Origin: Octopus sinensis
Taxonomy: Eukaryota
Assembly: GCF_006345805.1 (NCBI RefSeq)
Contig: NC_043014.1
Coordinates: 51,212,001-51,276,000 of the forward strand
Direction: 5' to 3'
DNA length: 64,000 nt
The notes beneath the pieces were generated by a model. It was not told where the DNA came from, made no database searches, and saw only the letters and a list, made by a program, of their open reading frames with translations. Below, one piece after another: positions 12,041 through 23,418 of the stretch (its first letter is position 1; each line of letters starts with the position of its first letter). The position numbers and the translations under genes are program-made.

Positions 12041-12300
12041 ACTATATAGGTTACACATAAGTGTGTGTATGCACACACGCACACATACACACATATATTT
12101 ATATATATATATATATATATATAAGAAGCGCATCTTGATATAATTAGCTAACAGTACATTGAAATCTGATGCAAAACTGAGTTGAAAAGTGCGTCGCATT
12201 CTCATCTTTACAAAAGATGCCAACAATTATCAGGTTAGACTACTTATGTTATCGAGTCTGGGGTGAGACAGAAACAAAGACAAGGAGGAGAAGAGTGTGG

Positions 12301-12344
<44 letters not shown>

Positions 12345-12842
12345 TAGAGAGAGAATGAAAAGTAAATTTATACCCGCTGGCAAACGTCATGATGATGATA
12401 ATAATAATGCTGTCTTTCCAATAAGAACAGTATTTTTGGCAGGAGTTAATAGGTATGGTGAAAACATGAAACGGAACAAGTGTTTTACTGGCACTTTTAT
12501 AGTTTAATAATTTCCGCAACGATGAAAAGGGAAAAAGTAAAAATCGATTTGGTTATGTTTTGCGGTAAACACTGAGGTGAAAAAAAAAGAGGGACCTGGA
12601 GACTAAAAAAAAAAAAAAAAAAAAGTACCAATGGTATATTTGGCTCTTTAGCTCTATATTGAACACACGCGCATACACACACAACAAATTGATATCGATG
12701 TATATATATATATATCGATCGATATATAAATCGATATATACACATGAAAATTGTTTGTGTGTATATCTGTGTGTGTGTGTAGATGTGTGTTTGCGTAAGT
12801 GTGTGTGCGTACATATATCGCAGTATAAATAAATAAATATAT

Positions 12843-13680
12843 ATGTATATATATGTGTGTGTGTGTGTGTGTGTATATGTATGTATGTATGTATGTATGC
12901 ATGTATATGTATGTATGTATGTGTGTGTGTGTGTGTGTGTATATGTATGTATGTATGTATGTATGCATGTATATGTATGTATGTATGCATGTATGTATGT
13001 ATGTGCATGTATGTATGTATGTGTATGTATGTATGTTTGTATGTATGTATATGTATGCATGTATGTATGTATGTGTATGTATGTATGTGTATGTATGTAT
13101 GTGTATGTATGTGTATGTATGTGTATGTATGTATGTATATGTATGTGTGTGTATGTATGTGTGTGTATGTATGTGTGTGTATGTATGTGTGTGTGTATGT
13201 ATGTATGTGTGTATGTATGTATGTGTGTGTATGTATGTATGTGTGTATGTATGTGTATGTATGTATGTTGTGTGTATGTATGTATGTGTGCATGTATGTA
13301 TGTATGTGTATGTATGTATGTATGTATGTATGTATGTGTATGTGTATGTATGTATGTGTATGTATGTATGTATGTATGTGTGTGTATGTATGTGTGTGTA
13401 TGTATGTGTGTGTATGTATGTGTGTGTGTATGTATGTATGTGTGTATGTATGTATGTGTGTGTATGTATGTATGTGTGTGTATGTATGTATGTGTGTGTA
13501 TGTATGTATGTGTGTGTATGTATGTGTATGTATGTATGTGTATGTATGTATGTGTATGTATGTATGTGTATGTATGTATGTATGTATGTGTGTGTATGTA
13601 TGTATGTGTATATATATATATGTGTGTGTATATATATATATATGTGTGTGCATATATATATATATGTGTGTGCATATATT
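12843..13680. repeat. Compound (TGTA)n/(TG)n microsatellite, ~840 bp
   Basis: Visible directly; source of the long H/T/Y/I and C/V/M/Y pseudo-ORFs. Confidence 0.97.
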
Positions 13681-13967
13681 TAAGTAGATTTATTCGTGTA
13701 TATATATACATACACACACATTTTGTTTCAAATATTGGCACAAGGCCAGCATGTTTTTTAAAGGATATGATGGGGTTGGTTGTTACTCGATTGTACTGTC
13801 TTTCTTCGTACGGGGTCGATGAAGTAAAGTCGACTTCCGCCTGATCTAAACTCAGAATGTGCAAAAAAACCGAAAGAGATGTCACAAACCATTCTGTCCG
13901 ATGCTCTACGTACGTACACAAACGCACGCATTCGCATACATGCAGGCGTATGAAGTACATACACATT

Positions 13968-14386
13968 CTCTTTTACTCTCTTTTACTTGTTTCAGTCATT
14001 TGACTGCGGCCATACTGGAGCACCGCCTTTAGTCGAGCAAATCGACCTCGGGACTTATTCTTTTGTAAGCCCAGTACTTATTCTATCGGTCTCTTTTGCC
14101 GAACCGCTAAGTGACGGAGACGTAAACACACCAGCATCGGTTGTCAAGCAATGCTAGGGGGGACAAACACAGACACACAAACACACACGCACACATACAT
14201 ATATATATATATATACATATATACGACAGACTACTTTCAGTTTCCGTCTACCAAATCCACTCACAAGGCATTGGTCGGCCCGGGGCTATAGCAGAAGACA
14301 CTTGCCCAAGATGCCACGCAGTGGGACTGAACCCGAAACCATGTGGTTGGTTAGCAAGCTACTTACCACACAGCCACTCCTACGCC
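13968..14386 (-). mobile_element. SINE family A, full length
   Basis: Complete head, (TA)n(TG)n spacer and 3' half ending GACTGAAACAAGTAAAAGAG. Confidence 0.92.
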
Positions 14387-15136
14387 TATATCTCTACATG
14401 CGTACACGCGCACGCTCTCGCAGAAGATCAGACGCGCCGCGCAGATTCTACGCACGCAAACGTAGAGCGACGCGTGTTCGCGCACACAAACACAAAATAA
14501 GTACACGCATTAAACTTCCCTACCACCACACTCACTCACACACGCATTCCTCCCCCACCGACCCCTTAATCCCCACCGCGCAGCACAGCCACAGCCTATC
14601 CCCGATCCTCCCACCCCGAAAAGCACTCAGAAATCCTGAAACACATTCTTTCAAAAAAAAAAAAAAGAAACAACAAAATCTCATTCAATCATTTTGTGAA
14701 TTCCTCTGTCAATCTTTTTGGCGCCATTGATCATTTTCATCATTTCATCGACTCTCCTTTTTATTTCTCTTCTCTCCATCCATACATTCATAAACCCATT
14801 ATATATTTCAAATATTTCTTTTGTTCACTTACTGCCTTTCATATTTACTCTTTCCTCTCCTTCTTTTACACATCAGCCAGCGACTTACTACTCTTAATCG
14901 CGACAGCCACGATACCTCTAAGTGGCCGCTTGATATGCAAGAAATAGCAACCAAATCTTCTCCCTAAACTCCAACGCTGTCTACTTAGACAGCAAATATA
15001 AATAGTGTTCGATATTAGATCTTTCGTTTATCCAGTTCGGGCTGCATGATTAAATTTATTTAAAATTCTTTAAATTGTGTCATCTTTAAAGCTGCGTCCA
15101 TACTGGAGCACCACTGTTGCTGTAAAGAAAATAATT

Positions 15137-15510
15137 ATGGCTGTGTGGTGAGAAGTTTGTTTCCCAGTTACATGAATCCAGGTTCAGTCCTACTGCGTGA
15201 CACCTTGGGCAAGTATCTTTTACAATAGCCTCACGCTAGCCAGTTTTTTTCAGTGGATTGCATAAATGGAAACTCAAAGAAGCTCTCCCTGTGTGTCTGT
15301 GTTTGGCCCCCACCACCACCACCACCACCACCATCGCTTGACAACAGCTGTTGGTGTATTTATACTCCCGTAACTTAGCAGTTCGGTATCACAGGCCGAT
15401 AGAATAAGTACATGACTTTGAAGGAATATGTCTTGGTGTCGATTTCTTCGACTAAAAGGCGATGCTCCAACATGGCCGCAGTCGAATGAATGAATGAAAC
15501 AAGTACAAGA
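15137..15510 (+). mobile_element. SINE family A, diverged
   Basis: Head, GACACCTTGGGCAAGT, (CAC)n spacer and 3' half. Confidence 0.85.
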
Positions 15511-15554
15511 ATAAAAGATTGTAAATATGTGTGCGCGCAGCAATATTTGTCTGG

Positions 15555-15783
15555 TTCCCAAAGCATCAAGTGCCGAAAATGAACTTTCTTGTCTTCCATT
15601 TTAAAGGGTTACAAAATTAACACAAGATATAGGATCATAAACCTTCTTCCACGAAAAGATAGCTTAAACTGTGCTCTAAATGGAGGTGTAGTAAAATCCT
15701 ATTTTATGGACTCAACCATGTTCTAAAATAAGTCGAAAGGTAAGCTACTATAAATCGGCACAAACTTTCCGGACAAACCAATA
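15555..15783 (-). mobile_element. Mariner transposon 5' fragment (TIR, UTR and transposase N-terminus)
   Basis: TA+TTGGTTTGTCCGGAAAGTTTGTGCCGATTT terminus; ATG at 15599 gives MEDKKVHFRHLMLWE, matching the mariner transposase N-terminal HFRH motif. Confidence 0.75.
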
Positions 15784-15824
15784 GTTTCATCTTTAGGCAC
15801 AAGGCTAGAAATTATTATTGTTAT

Positions 15825-16036
15825 GAAGGTGGGTTGGCAGAATGGTTAGCACACTCAGCAAAATACCTAGCGGCATTTCGTCTTTCCTTACGTTCTGAGT
15901 TCAAATTTCGCCGGGGTCAACTTCGCCTTTCATCTTTTCGGGGTCGAAAAAAAAAAGAAGCACCAGTGAGTCCTGGGATTGATATAATCGATTAGCCCCC
16001 TCCATTATCTCATACCTCGTACCAAAATAAGAAGTA
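15825..16036 (+). mobile_element. SINE family B (Meta-domain-like), older subfamily
   Basis: GGCAGAATGGTTAGC head, CTGAGTTCAAATT B box, GTCAACTTCGCCTTTCATCTTTTCGGGGTCGA central domain. Confidence 0.85.
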
Positions 16037-16044
16037 TCATTATG

Positions 16045-16668
16045 GGATCTTTTCCTTTTGAACGGCAGATATCAACACAATTTCTAGTTAACTAAACACT
16101 TTTAAACTTCGTATACTGGTAGAATGTATTTATAAAGCATCATTTTCTCTTGGTTTTATTGAGAAAATTCTATAGTTTGTAAGATATTTCGTCTGAAAAT
16201 CCGAGCATTTCGGCAATTTTAATCAATCGACTACCTCCATTCAACTAAAATCATTTGCTGCGTCTAAAACTGAGACAACATCCTGTAACTAACCCTAACC
16301 CTAAATTTTTTTTTCTTAATTGTTAAATTAATTTAATTCCATTGCTTTAGTTTTTTTTACACGCGTAACAATTAAATTAATTTAACAATTAAGAAAAAAA
16401 AATTTAGGGTTAGGTTTAGGAGGGAGGTTTAGGGTTAGTTACAGGATGTCTCAGTTTTAGACGCAGCAAATGATTTTAGCTCAAAAGAGAGCATAGGATT
16501 GGTTAAAATTCGAAAAATTAAACTACGTTAAACAAACAAATTGCAATTTTCTCAAGAAAGCCAAGAGAAAAAAAATGTTTTATTTTGACATATTCTACCA
16601 GTACACGAAGTTTTAAAGTGTTTATTTAGTTAACTAGAAATTGTCTGCCGTTCAAAAGGAAAATATCC
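16045..16668. mobile_element. Fold-back non-autonomous DNA transposon, Merlin-like, 624 bp
   Basis: Perfect 8-bp TSD TCATTATG (16037-16044, 16669-16676); GGAT...ATCC termini; long outer and inner inverted arms; internal CCCTAA/TTAGGG repeats. Confidence 0.8.
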
Positions 16669-16673
16669 TCATT

Positions 16674-16739
16674 ATGTTCTAAAATAAGTCGAAAGGTAAG
16701 CTACTATAAATCGGCACGAACTTTACGGACAACCCAATA
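16674..16739 (-). mobile_element. Second copy of the mariner 5' terminus (66 bp)
   Basis: 63/66 identical to 15718-15783, same orientation, ends in TA. Confidence 0.8.
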
Positions 16740-16771
16740 TTTCTCCCATTCTATCTGTCATTCTCTCTCTT

Positions 16772-16807
<36 letters not shown>

Positions 16808-17106
16808 GTTATATTGGCGTACAGTATGTTTTTCAAACAGTTCCAGATTTTGACACTGCGTCTGACCTCATCTCTGTATATTTGGCTTTGTATCTATCTA
16901 ATTGCTTGTTGATATCTTTCTTTGCCTCGTTATCGCACATATAGCTTCACATTGCGGCATGATATGTTGTGATACCAAGAAATTTCAACAAACGCACGAA
17001 ACCAAATGGTGAAGGCGTATGTTATATAAGCACACATGGATACACATGCACACACATTACACGCACATACACATGCACAGATATACACACACATATATAG
17101 GTTCCC

Positions 17107-17151
<45 letters not shown>

Positions 17152-17356
17152 AAGGCACACACGCATATAATGTTAACTTAACACATTATCATTATTAGTA
17201 GTATTAGTATTGACGGAACTTGTACTGATGGTAATCGTATACAACTGTCTATCTAAATTTCTGTGTGACTACCTACTTGCCTGCCCGTGCCTGCCTGCTT
17301 CTGTGTTTTAACTGTCTGTATGACTGTCTGCCTGTCTATCCTGTCTGTCTGTCTGC

Positions 17357-17402
<46 letters not shown>

Positions 17403-17459
17403 GCCTATGTATTTGTCTGCCTCTCTCTCTCTCTCTATCTGTCTGTCTGTCTGTCTATT

Positions 17460-17538
<79 letters not shown>

Positions 17539-17589
17539 GCCTATGTATGTATTTATCTATCTGTCATCAGTCAAATAATTCCTTATTAA

Positions 17590-18000
17590 AATCCAAGTAT
17601 ATCCAATCTTAGATGGCACAGAATTATCTCCCAAAGACGTTCCAATAGTGATCCTCCAGTCTTTATTCCTTCAATGTATTGACGACTAATTTCAATACAG
17701 CCTTCCATTTTCTTTCCATTTCCATTTCTTTTCTCTTCGAAATCATATCTTAAATTCTGCGAGGCATCTTTTCTGACAGCTCTAAGCAACCACTTTGAAA
17801 CACCTTATTTCGCAGCTTAGTAATTCTTCATACATGTTTCTGGCACGAAGTCTGCTTTAGCTGCCAACCTGATTGATAGCTTGCTCAGTTTTCAAGTCGT
17901 CAAGGGGCTTTTTTTGATGAGACTGTTGAAAGCATTCTTCCAAGGGCGTGAAGTGTAGGTTGCTTTTGTTGGCCTGATCGAGCACAATTATCTCAAAATA
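17590..18000 (-). mobile_element. Highly decayed RTE-like LINE ORF2 (pre-RT/RT N-terminal) remnant
   Basis: Broken frames PLDDLKTEQAINQV...GCIEISRQYIEGI...SLL...WEIILCHL resemble LDDPPT.EEV..AI...DC.NYRGISLL...ARIILNRL. Confidence 0.4.
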
Positions 18001-18459
18001 CCGCTCCACTGTTCAGCAACAAATCGTATAATTATGTGGAAGGGAAAGGGAGGGTCTCCCCTGGGGCAAAGATTTTATTGTTGGGGGCACTTTTAGATGT
18101 GTTGGGGACCCAGGTGGGGAGTTACTACACAACTCAAGAAGCTAACACGGGCGGCACATAATCTATTTACGCCACTGTCTACAGCTGAACTTTTATTCAA
18201 GCATAGTCTATCTTGGACTCCATTCTACATTGTGTACTTTCTTTAAAGTCTTCCCATGTAAGATATCTTTTTAGATTTAACTGTTATTTAACAGAACAAA
18301 CGGCCACGTCGTATCTCCATGGTTCGCTCGTTACTCTCGTTCCAGTTATTTTTATTGTGGTTGGTGCTCTTCTTCTTCTTCTTCCTCCTCTCCTTCTTCT
18401 CCTTCTCTTCTTCTTCTCCTCCACCCCTCCTCTCCTCCTCCTCCTTCTTTTTCTTTTCT

Positions 18460-18950
18460 TTGCTTTTCATCATTTCGAGGTCGATAAATCAAGTACCAAT
18501 TGAACACTGGGATCGATGTAATCGATTCATCCCGACCCCCTAAATGGCTCCCCTTGTGACAAAATTTGAAACCATTATTATTATTATCCTCACGTTCTGA
18601 GTTCAAATTCCGCCGAGGGTGACTTTCGTCCTTTCGGGATAGATAAATTAAGTACCAGTTGTGTAATGGGTCGTGTAATCGTCTATCCCCCACCCCTAAA
18701 TGTCAGGCCTTGTGCCTATAGCCGAAAGGATTATCATTATTAGGGCAAAATCGTTGAAGTGCTAGAAAAAAATGCCTTGTGGTAATGATTTCGGATCTTA
18801 ACGTTCTAAGTTCACATTTCACCGAAGTCGATTTTGCCTTTCATCCTTTCGAGGTCGATACTTGAAGAACCATTTGTGCATTAGCGCCGATGGAATCGAT
18901 TATGCCTCTTCCTTAAAAGTGCTGGCCTTATACCAAAATTTGAAACCGTT
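18460..18950 (+). mobile_element. Three head-to-tail SINE family B fragments
   Basis: Repeated CCTTTCATCCTTTCG...GATAAATTAAGTACCA...GATGTAATCGA units, each ending CAAAATTTGAAACC or similar. Confidence 0.8.
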
Positions 18951-19019
18951 AATTCCGCCCTGCCCCTCCCCCATGAGGATTTGAAATATTTTGTTTTTGC
19001 TAATTATTTTATTGCTTAC

Positions 19020-19135
19020 GAGCTTCTACGTTAATCCTCCATGGGTTTTGCAACATCTGAAGTGTTTTTGCGGCCCTTGTGGCCAATAAAAGAAGAATTA
19101 TGGGTATCATTACCATGTTTCTTTTTGTTTTCTGT
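19020..19135 (-). CDS. Candidate exon encoding a signal-peptide/TM-like segment MVMIPIILLLLATRAAKTLQMLQNPWRINVEA
   Basis: Acceptor CCTTTTTACAG, donor C|GTAAGC, Kozak-like AGAAACATGG (ATG at 19116), phase-1 donor; no recognised homology. Confidence 0.3.
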
Positions 19136-19229
19136 CTGTAAAAAGGAATTTCCATTTCTTTACAATTTCTGAGGGGATGGGCGTGGGATGTTTTCCAAAC
19201 GCACATCGTAGTGAAAGTTAAACACTCTT

Positions 19230-19278
<49 letters not shown>

Positions 19279-19315
19279 GCTGCTTCTACTACTACTACTA
19301 CTTCTACTACTACAT
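19230..19315. repeat. (CTA)n trinucleotide microsatellite
   Basis: Visible directly. Confidence 0.95.
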
Positions 19316-20204
19316 TTCCTCTGTAGTAAATTTAAGTTAACCGAACACACACTGCTCTGCGTATCAATAAGTAATTAAAATTGTTATAATTATAACGTGA
19401 TTGTTTAATTAAGAACAATGATTTCATTCGATGGCTACAAAGGCCTAAACATGGGTGGTGGGAGGCGGAGTAGAGGAGATAGAAAGCAAAACAACAGACA
19501 TGAAACAGCGGTGGGGAAGTTTCCATGAGTAAAACGTGGATATTCACTCTAACAATGAAGTTATATTCGAGAATAGGTAACAGTAATCGTACGTTAAGGA
19601 ATAACAATGCAATTATTTATTAAATATTAATGGTATCATTATAAACAATGCGAATAATCATTATGATATTGCTAATCTCTATAAAGGAATATGGCGGCGA
19701 ACTAGCTGCGTCTTTTACAGAGTAGGATAAAATGTCTTCTGATATATAGTCGATTGCTGCGCTCTGAGAAGAAGTCTTGACAGACATATTTGCGTCTCAT
19801 TTAGAAGGTGATGGGCGTGGATGGCGAAATCGTTTGAGCGTTGAAGAAAATGTTTAGTGACATTTTTTACAATCTTTTTATATTCTGAGTTAGTATTTCT
19901 CCTCGGTCGATTTTCACTTTCAATTTTTTTTTTTTTTGCGGTGTGGAGGTCGATAAAATAAATATCACTTGAGCAGTCGAAGTCAATTACATCGATCTAT
20001 ACTTCTTTTAAAATTGCTGGCGTTGGGCCAAAATTTGAAACCATTATGGTTGCTGCTTGCTATTAAAGCGTAGAGCTAAGTGAATCGTTAGCATGGCAGA
20101 CGAGTGCTGGTGTCGAATTAATTGATTTACCCCTCACCTCAAAATTACTGGGCCTGCGCCAAAATGTTTTGAAAGGATTGTCATTATTAGGAAAGCCAAA
20201 AGAA

Positions 20205-20600
20205 GGCGACGAGTTGGCAGAATCGTTACAACGCCGGGCAAAATGCTTAGCGCTATTTCGTCTGCCGCTACGTCGTGAGTTCAAATTCCGCCGAGGTCGA
20301 CTTTGCCTTTCATCCTTTTGGGGTCGATTAAATAAGGACCAGTTACGCACTGGGGTCGATATAATCCACTTAATCCGTTTGTCCTTGTTTGTTCCCTCTG
20401 TGTTTAGCCCCTTGTGGGTAGTAAAGAAATAGGTATTTCACCTGTCGCTACATTCCGAGTTCAAATTCCGCCGAGGTCAACTTTATGTTTCTTTTCTGAG
20501 TCGGTAAATTAAGTACCAGTGAAATGCTAGGGGCGATGTAATCGACTAGTATCCTCCCCCAACATTTGAGGCCTTGTGCCTCTCGCAGAAAGAAGTATTA
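20205..20600 (+). mobile_element. Young full-length SINE family B (20205-20432) fused to the 3' part of an older family B copy
   Basis: Near-consensus copy with tail TGTTTAGCCCCTTGTGGGTAGTAAAGAAATAG followed directly by GTATTTCACCTGTCGCTACATTCCGAGTTC. Confidence 0.9.
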
Positions 20601-20699
20601 TAAGTTGTGGTAGGCTTATCCTGTTCACTTTTACTGAGAAACTTTGTACCAATCGGCGATGAAAACGATGACGATGAACAAGATGGCGACGACGATGGA

Positions 20700-20922
20700 G
20701 ATAATACTGGTTTCATAAATTTTGGCACAGGGGCAGCACTTTTGGGGGATGGTTAAGTCGATTCCACCGACCACAGTGCTCCATCATTAGTTATTTAATT
20801 AACCTCATCAAGATAAATGCTAAACTCGACCTCGGCGGAATTTGAACTCGCAAGGTAAAGAAGAGCGAAATGCTGCTAAGCCTCTTACCCAGCGTGCTAA
20901 CAATTCTGTCAGCGCGCCGCCT
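20700..20922 (-). mobile_element. SINE family B, older copy
   Basis: CTCGACCTCGGCGGAATTTGAACTC and head on the reverse strand. Confidence 0.8.
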
Positions 20923-21466
20923 TAAGGACGATGATAGCACCAATCGTAAATCCTGCTTAGCCTCACTTTAAACCTGAAATGATCTTACCTGTGGTCACGG
21001 GGAATCCAACCACGACCAGCACATCTTTAGTCTATATCTTTTTCTTAACTTTATTTAACACGGTTAGATGAAACTCACAAGAGATCTGCTTGCTATTTCT
21101 AGCAAGGCAAGATACCACATTGTGACACCTTTTGATAGCTGATATATATATATAAAAGCCGTAGTGATAGTAGTAGTGGTGATAATAGTTGTCTGTATTA
21201 TGTGATGGAGACCGAACAACCATGATCACATTCAACGATTCTGTACGAAAAAAAGATACGTATTTTATATATTTTTTTGGCAATACCTGAAGCATGACAA
21301 TTTATTAATGCGGCATTGCTTTAGACTTTTCCTGGTTTTTATTTTATATATTTTATATATGTTTTATTTTCGTACTTTTATTATTTCTTTAGACTCAATA
21401 AAATGACTAGCAGTGTCATGTTAGTAACGATTCAATTGTCCATAGTTTTACGTATGATATACATAT

Positions 21467-21535
<69 letters not shown>

Positions 21536-21986
21536 TGTGTATATACGCAGCTGTGTATATATGTGTGGGTGCATGTGTATATATATATATGTGTGTATAT
21601 GCAGCTGTGTGCGTGCGCGAGTAACTTTTTCTATATATTTTTTAATCATTTTTTATATCCTTTTATCCTTAGAAAAGTGTTCCCCATACTGAATATTTTA
21701 AGCTACATAGTAAATTTCGTGCTTCAAGTTGTTGATTAGAAATTCGAGTTGGATTCTTGTCTCTTGCTTATATATATATATATAATATATGTATATATAT
21801 ATATATGTATATATATGCTTGCTATTGTTGTCACTTGTTTTTTGCTTTCTTTCCATCTTTAAAAAAATGTGTGATTGAATTTATCTTCAGTTCAAAACTG
21901 AACTGATCTAACATAACTAATATAACAAACTTGTGTTGTTACTTCGATTGATCGATCACTCAATCTTCGTTTCTCATTCACTCCAG

Positions 21987-22080
21987 CCATGAGTTGCAAA
22001 CGTGGTCGTGAGAATGATAAAAAAAAAAAGTTCGATTCGCTTCGTTTCGCTTCTTCTCTTTTGAACGTGTTTCGATTCCG
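21987..22080 (+). CDS. Candidate 94-bp exon (MSCKRGRENDKKKKFDSLRFASSLLNVFRF)
   Basis: Acceptor TTTCTCATTCACTCCAG, donor CCG|GTGAGA, only one open frame; unidentified. Confidence 0.2.
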
Positions 22081-23173
22081 GTGAGAGTCTACGATACCAA
22101 AACATCCGACAAAACTTATTCAAGTGTCTGCCATAAACGTTGGGTTCTTCATTTTTCTTCTTTCTTCATCTTCGTTCTTCCATTTTGCTCTGCAATTTTT
22201 TCTCTGTATTTTTAGTTTCACTTTCTTTTCTCCGCTCCTACTTTTTACAATTTGCATAACTTCGGATCGACCCTAGTTTGTTCTAAGGGGAAAAAAATTA
22301 GTGACCATGAAATTTTACAGAAATCCATCGGGCACAACAAAAACAGATATATAATGGTTCGGAACAAAAATGGGGCCCGGTAGAAATATTAGGTTTTAAA
22401 ACATCTACTGGGGTCGATTCATTCATGTACAAATTCTTCCAGGTGGTGCCCCAACATGGCCGCAGTCTAATGATTTAAACGCGTAAGTGAAAGATAAAAG
22501 TTAATTAAACAGCTGACTCCGTAGTAGTCAATATATTTCACGAGTTCGAATTTCACTTGATCGGACAGATAGAAGCTCCGCATCGAAGCAAACGGAATAT
22601 CCGCCATTTTACTTCCAGAAGAACGCAAAAAACTCCCCAAAGAACGCGCACTGGGACAACAAATGTAATGTTTGGTTTTGATGTGATTTGAAACCCAAAT
22701 CGGAACATTCGATAGTCGACCTATTAACTCTATATTAGTGCCGATTATATGTTGGTACACCATAAAACTCTGCTCAATCAGTCCGTTCGCCCGTCCATCA
22801 TCGCTCTATTCATCTCCTTTTCCCACTCAGAATTCCTGCGAGGGTCGTGAGGATGAATAAATAAATAAATAAATAAACAACAAGAAAAAAACAATCATAA
22901 AATATAAATAGAATGCCGTAGTAGATATATTAGGGAACTGGGATGGGGACAGACAGAAAACACTAAAAGTGTATTGAAAGTAATAATAATAATAATAATA
23001 ATGATGATGATAATAATATAAAATTGTGGGAGTCGGATAACCCCATCCTAATAAAAACAGTCACACTGACTCTTGAACTAATCCTGCAGTTTATTTACCT
23101 TGAGAATCGCGTTTTATCTCTGTATATTTAAGCTATTTGTTATTGTATATATAAACCTGCCGGTGACCCCTCG

Positions 23174-23222
<49 letters not shown>

Positions 23223-23226
<4 letters not shown>

Positions 23227-23274
23227 GTGTGTGTGCGTGTAAGAGTGAAGATATATTGCTGTGTATATATATTT

Positions 23275-23331
<57 letters not shown>

Positions 23332-23379
23332 GTGTGTGTGCGTGTAAGAGTGAAGATATATTGCTGTGTATATATATCT

Positions 23380-23405
<26 letters not shown>
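23223..23405. repeat. Tandem duplication, 105-bp period, between (TA)n/(CA)n runs
   Basis: CGTGTAAGAGTGAAGATATATTGCTGTG at 23236 and 23341. Confidence 0.9.

Positions 23406-23418
<13 letters not shown>

Noticed and set aside
12497-13966. 489-aa ORF and other long H/T/Y/I, C/V/M/Y or L/S/I ORFs (also 4111-4846, 32708-33513, 50243-50689, 62587-63044)
   Set aside because: These are translations of stop-free microsatellites, not genes.
16286-16440. CCCTAA/TTAGGG repeats suggesting a telomere or interstitial telomeric array
   Set aside because: Only a few imperfect units, lying inside the arms of the fold-back transposon.
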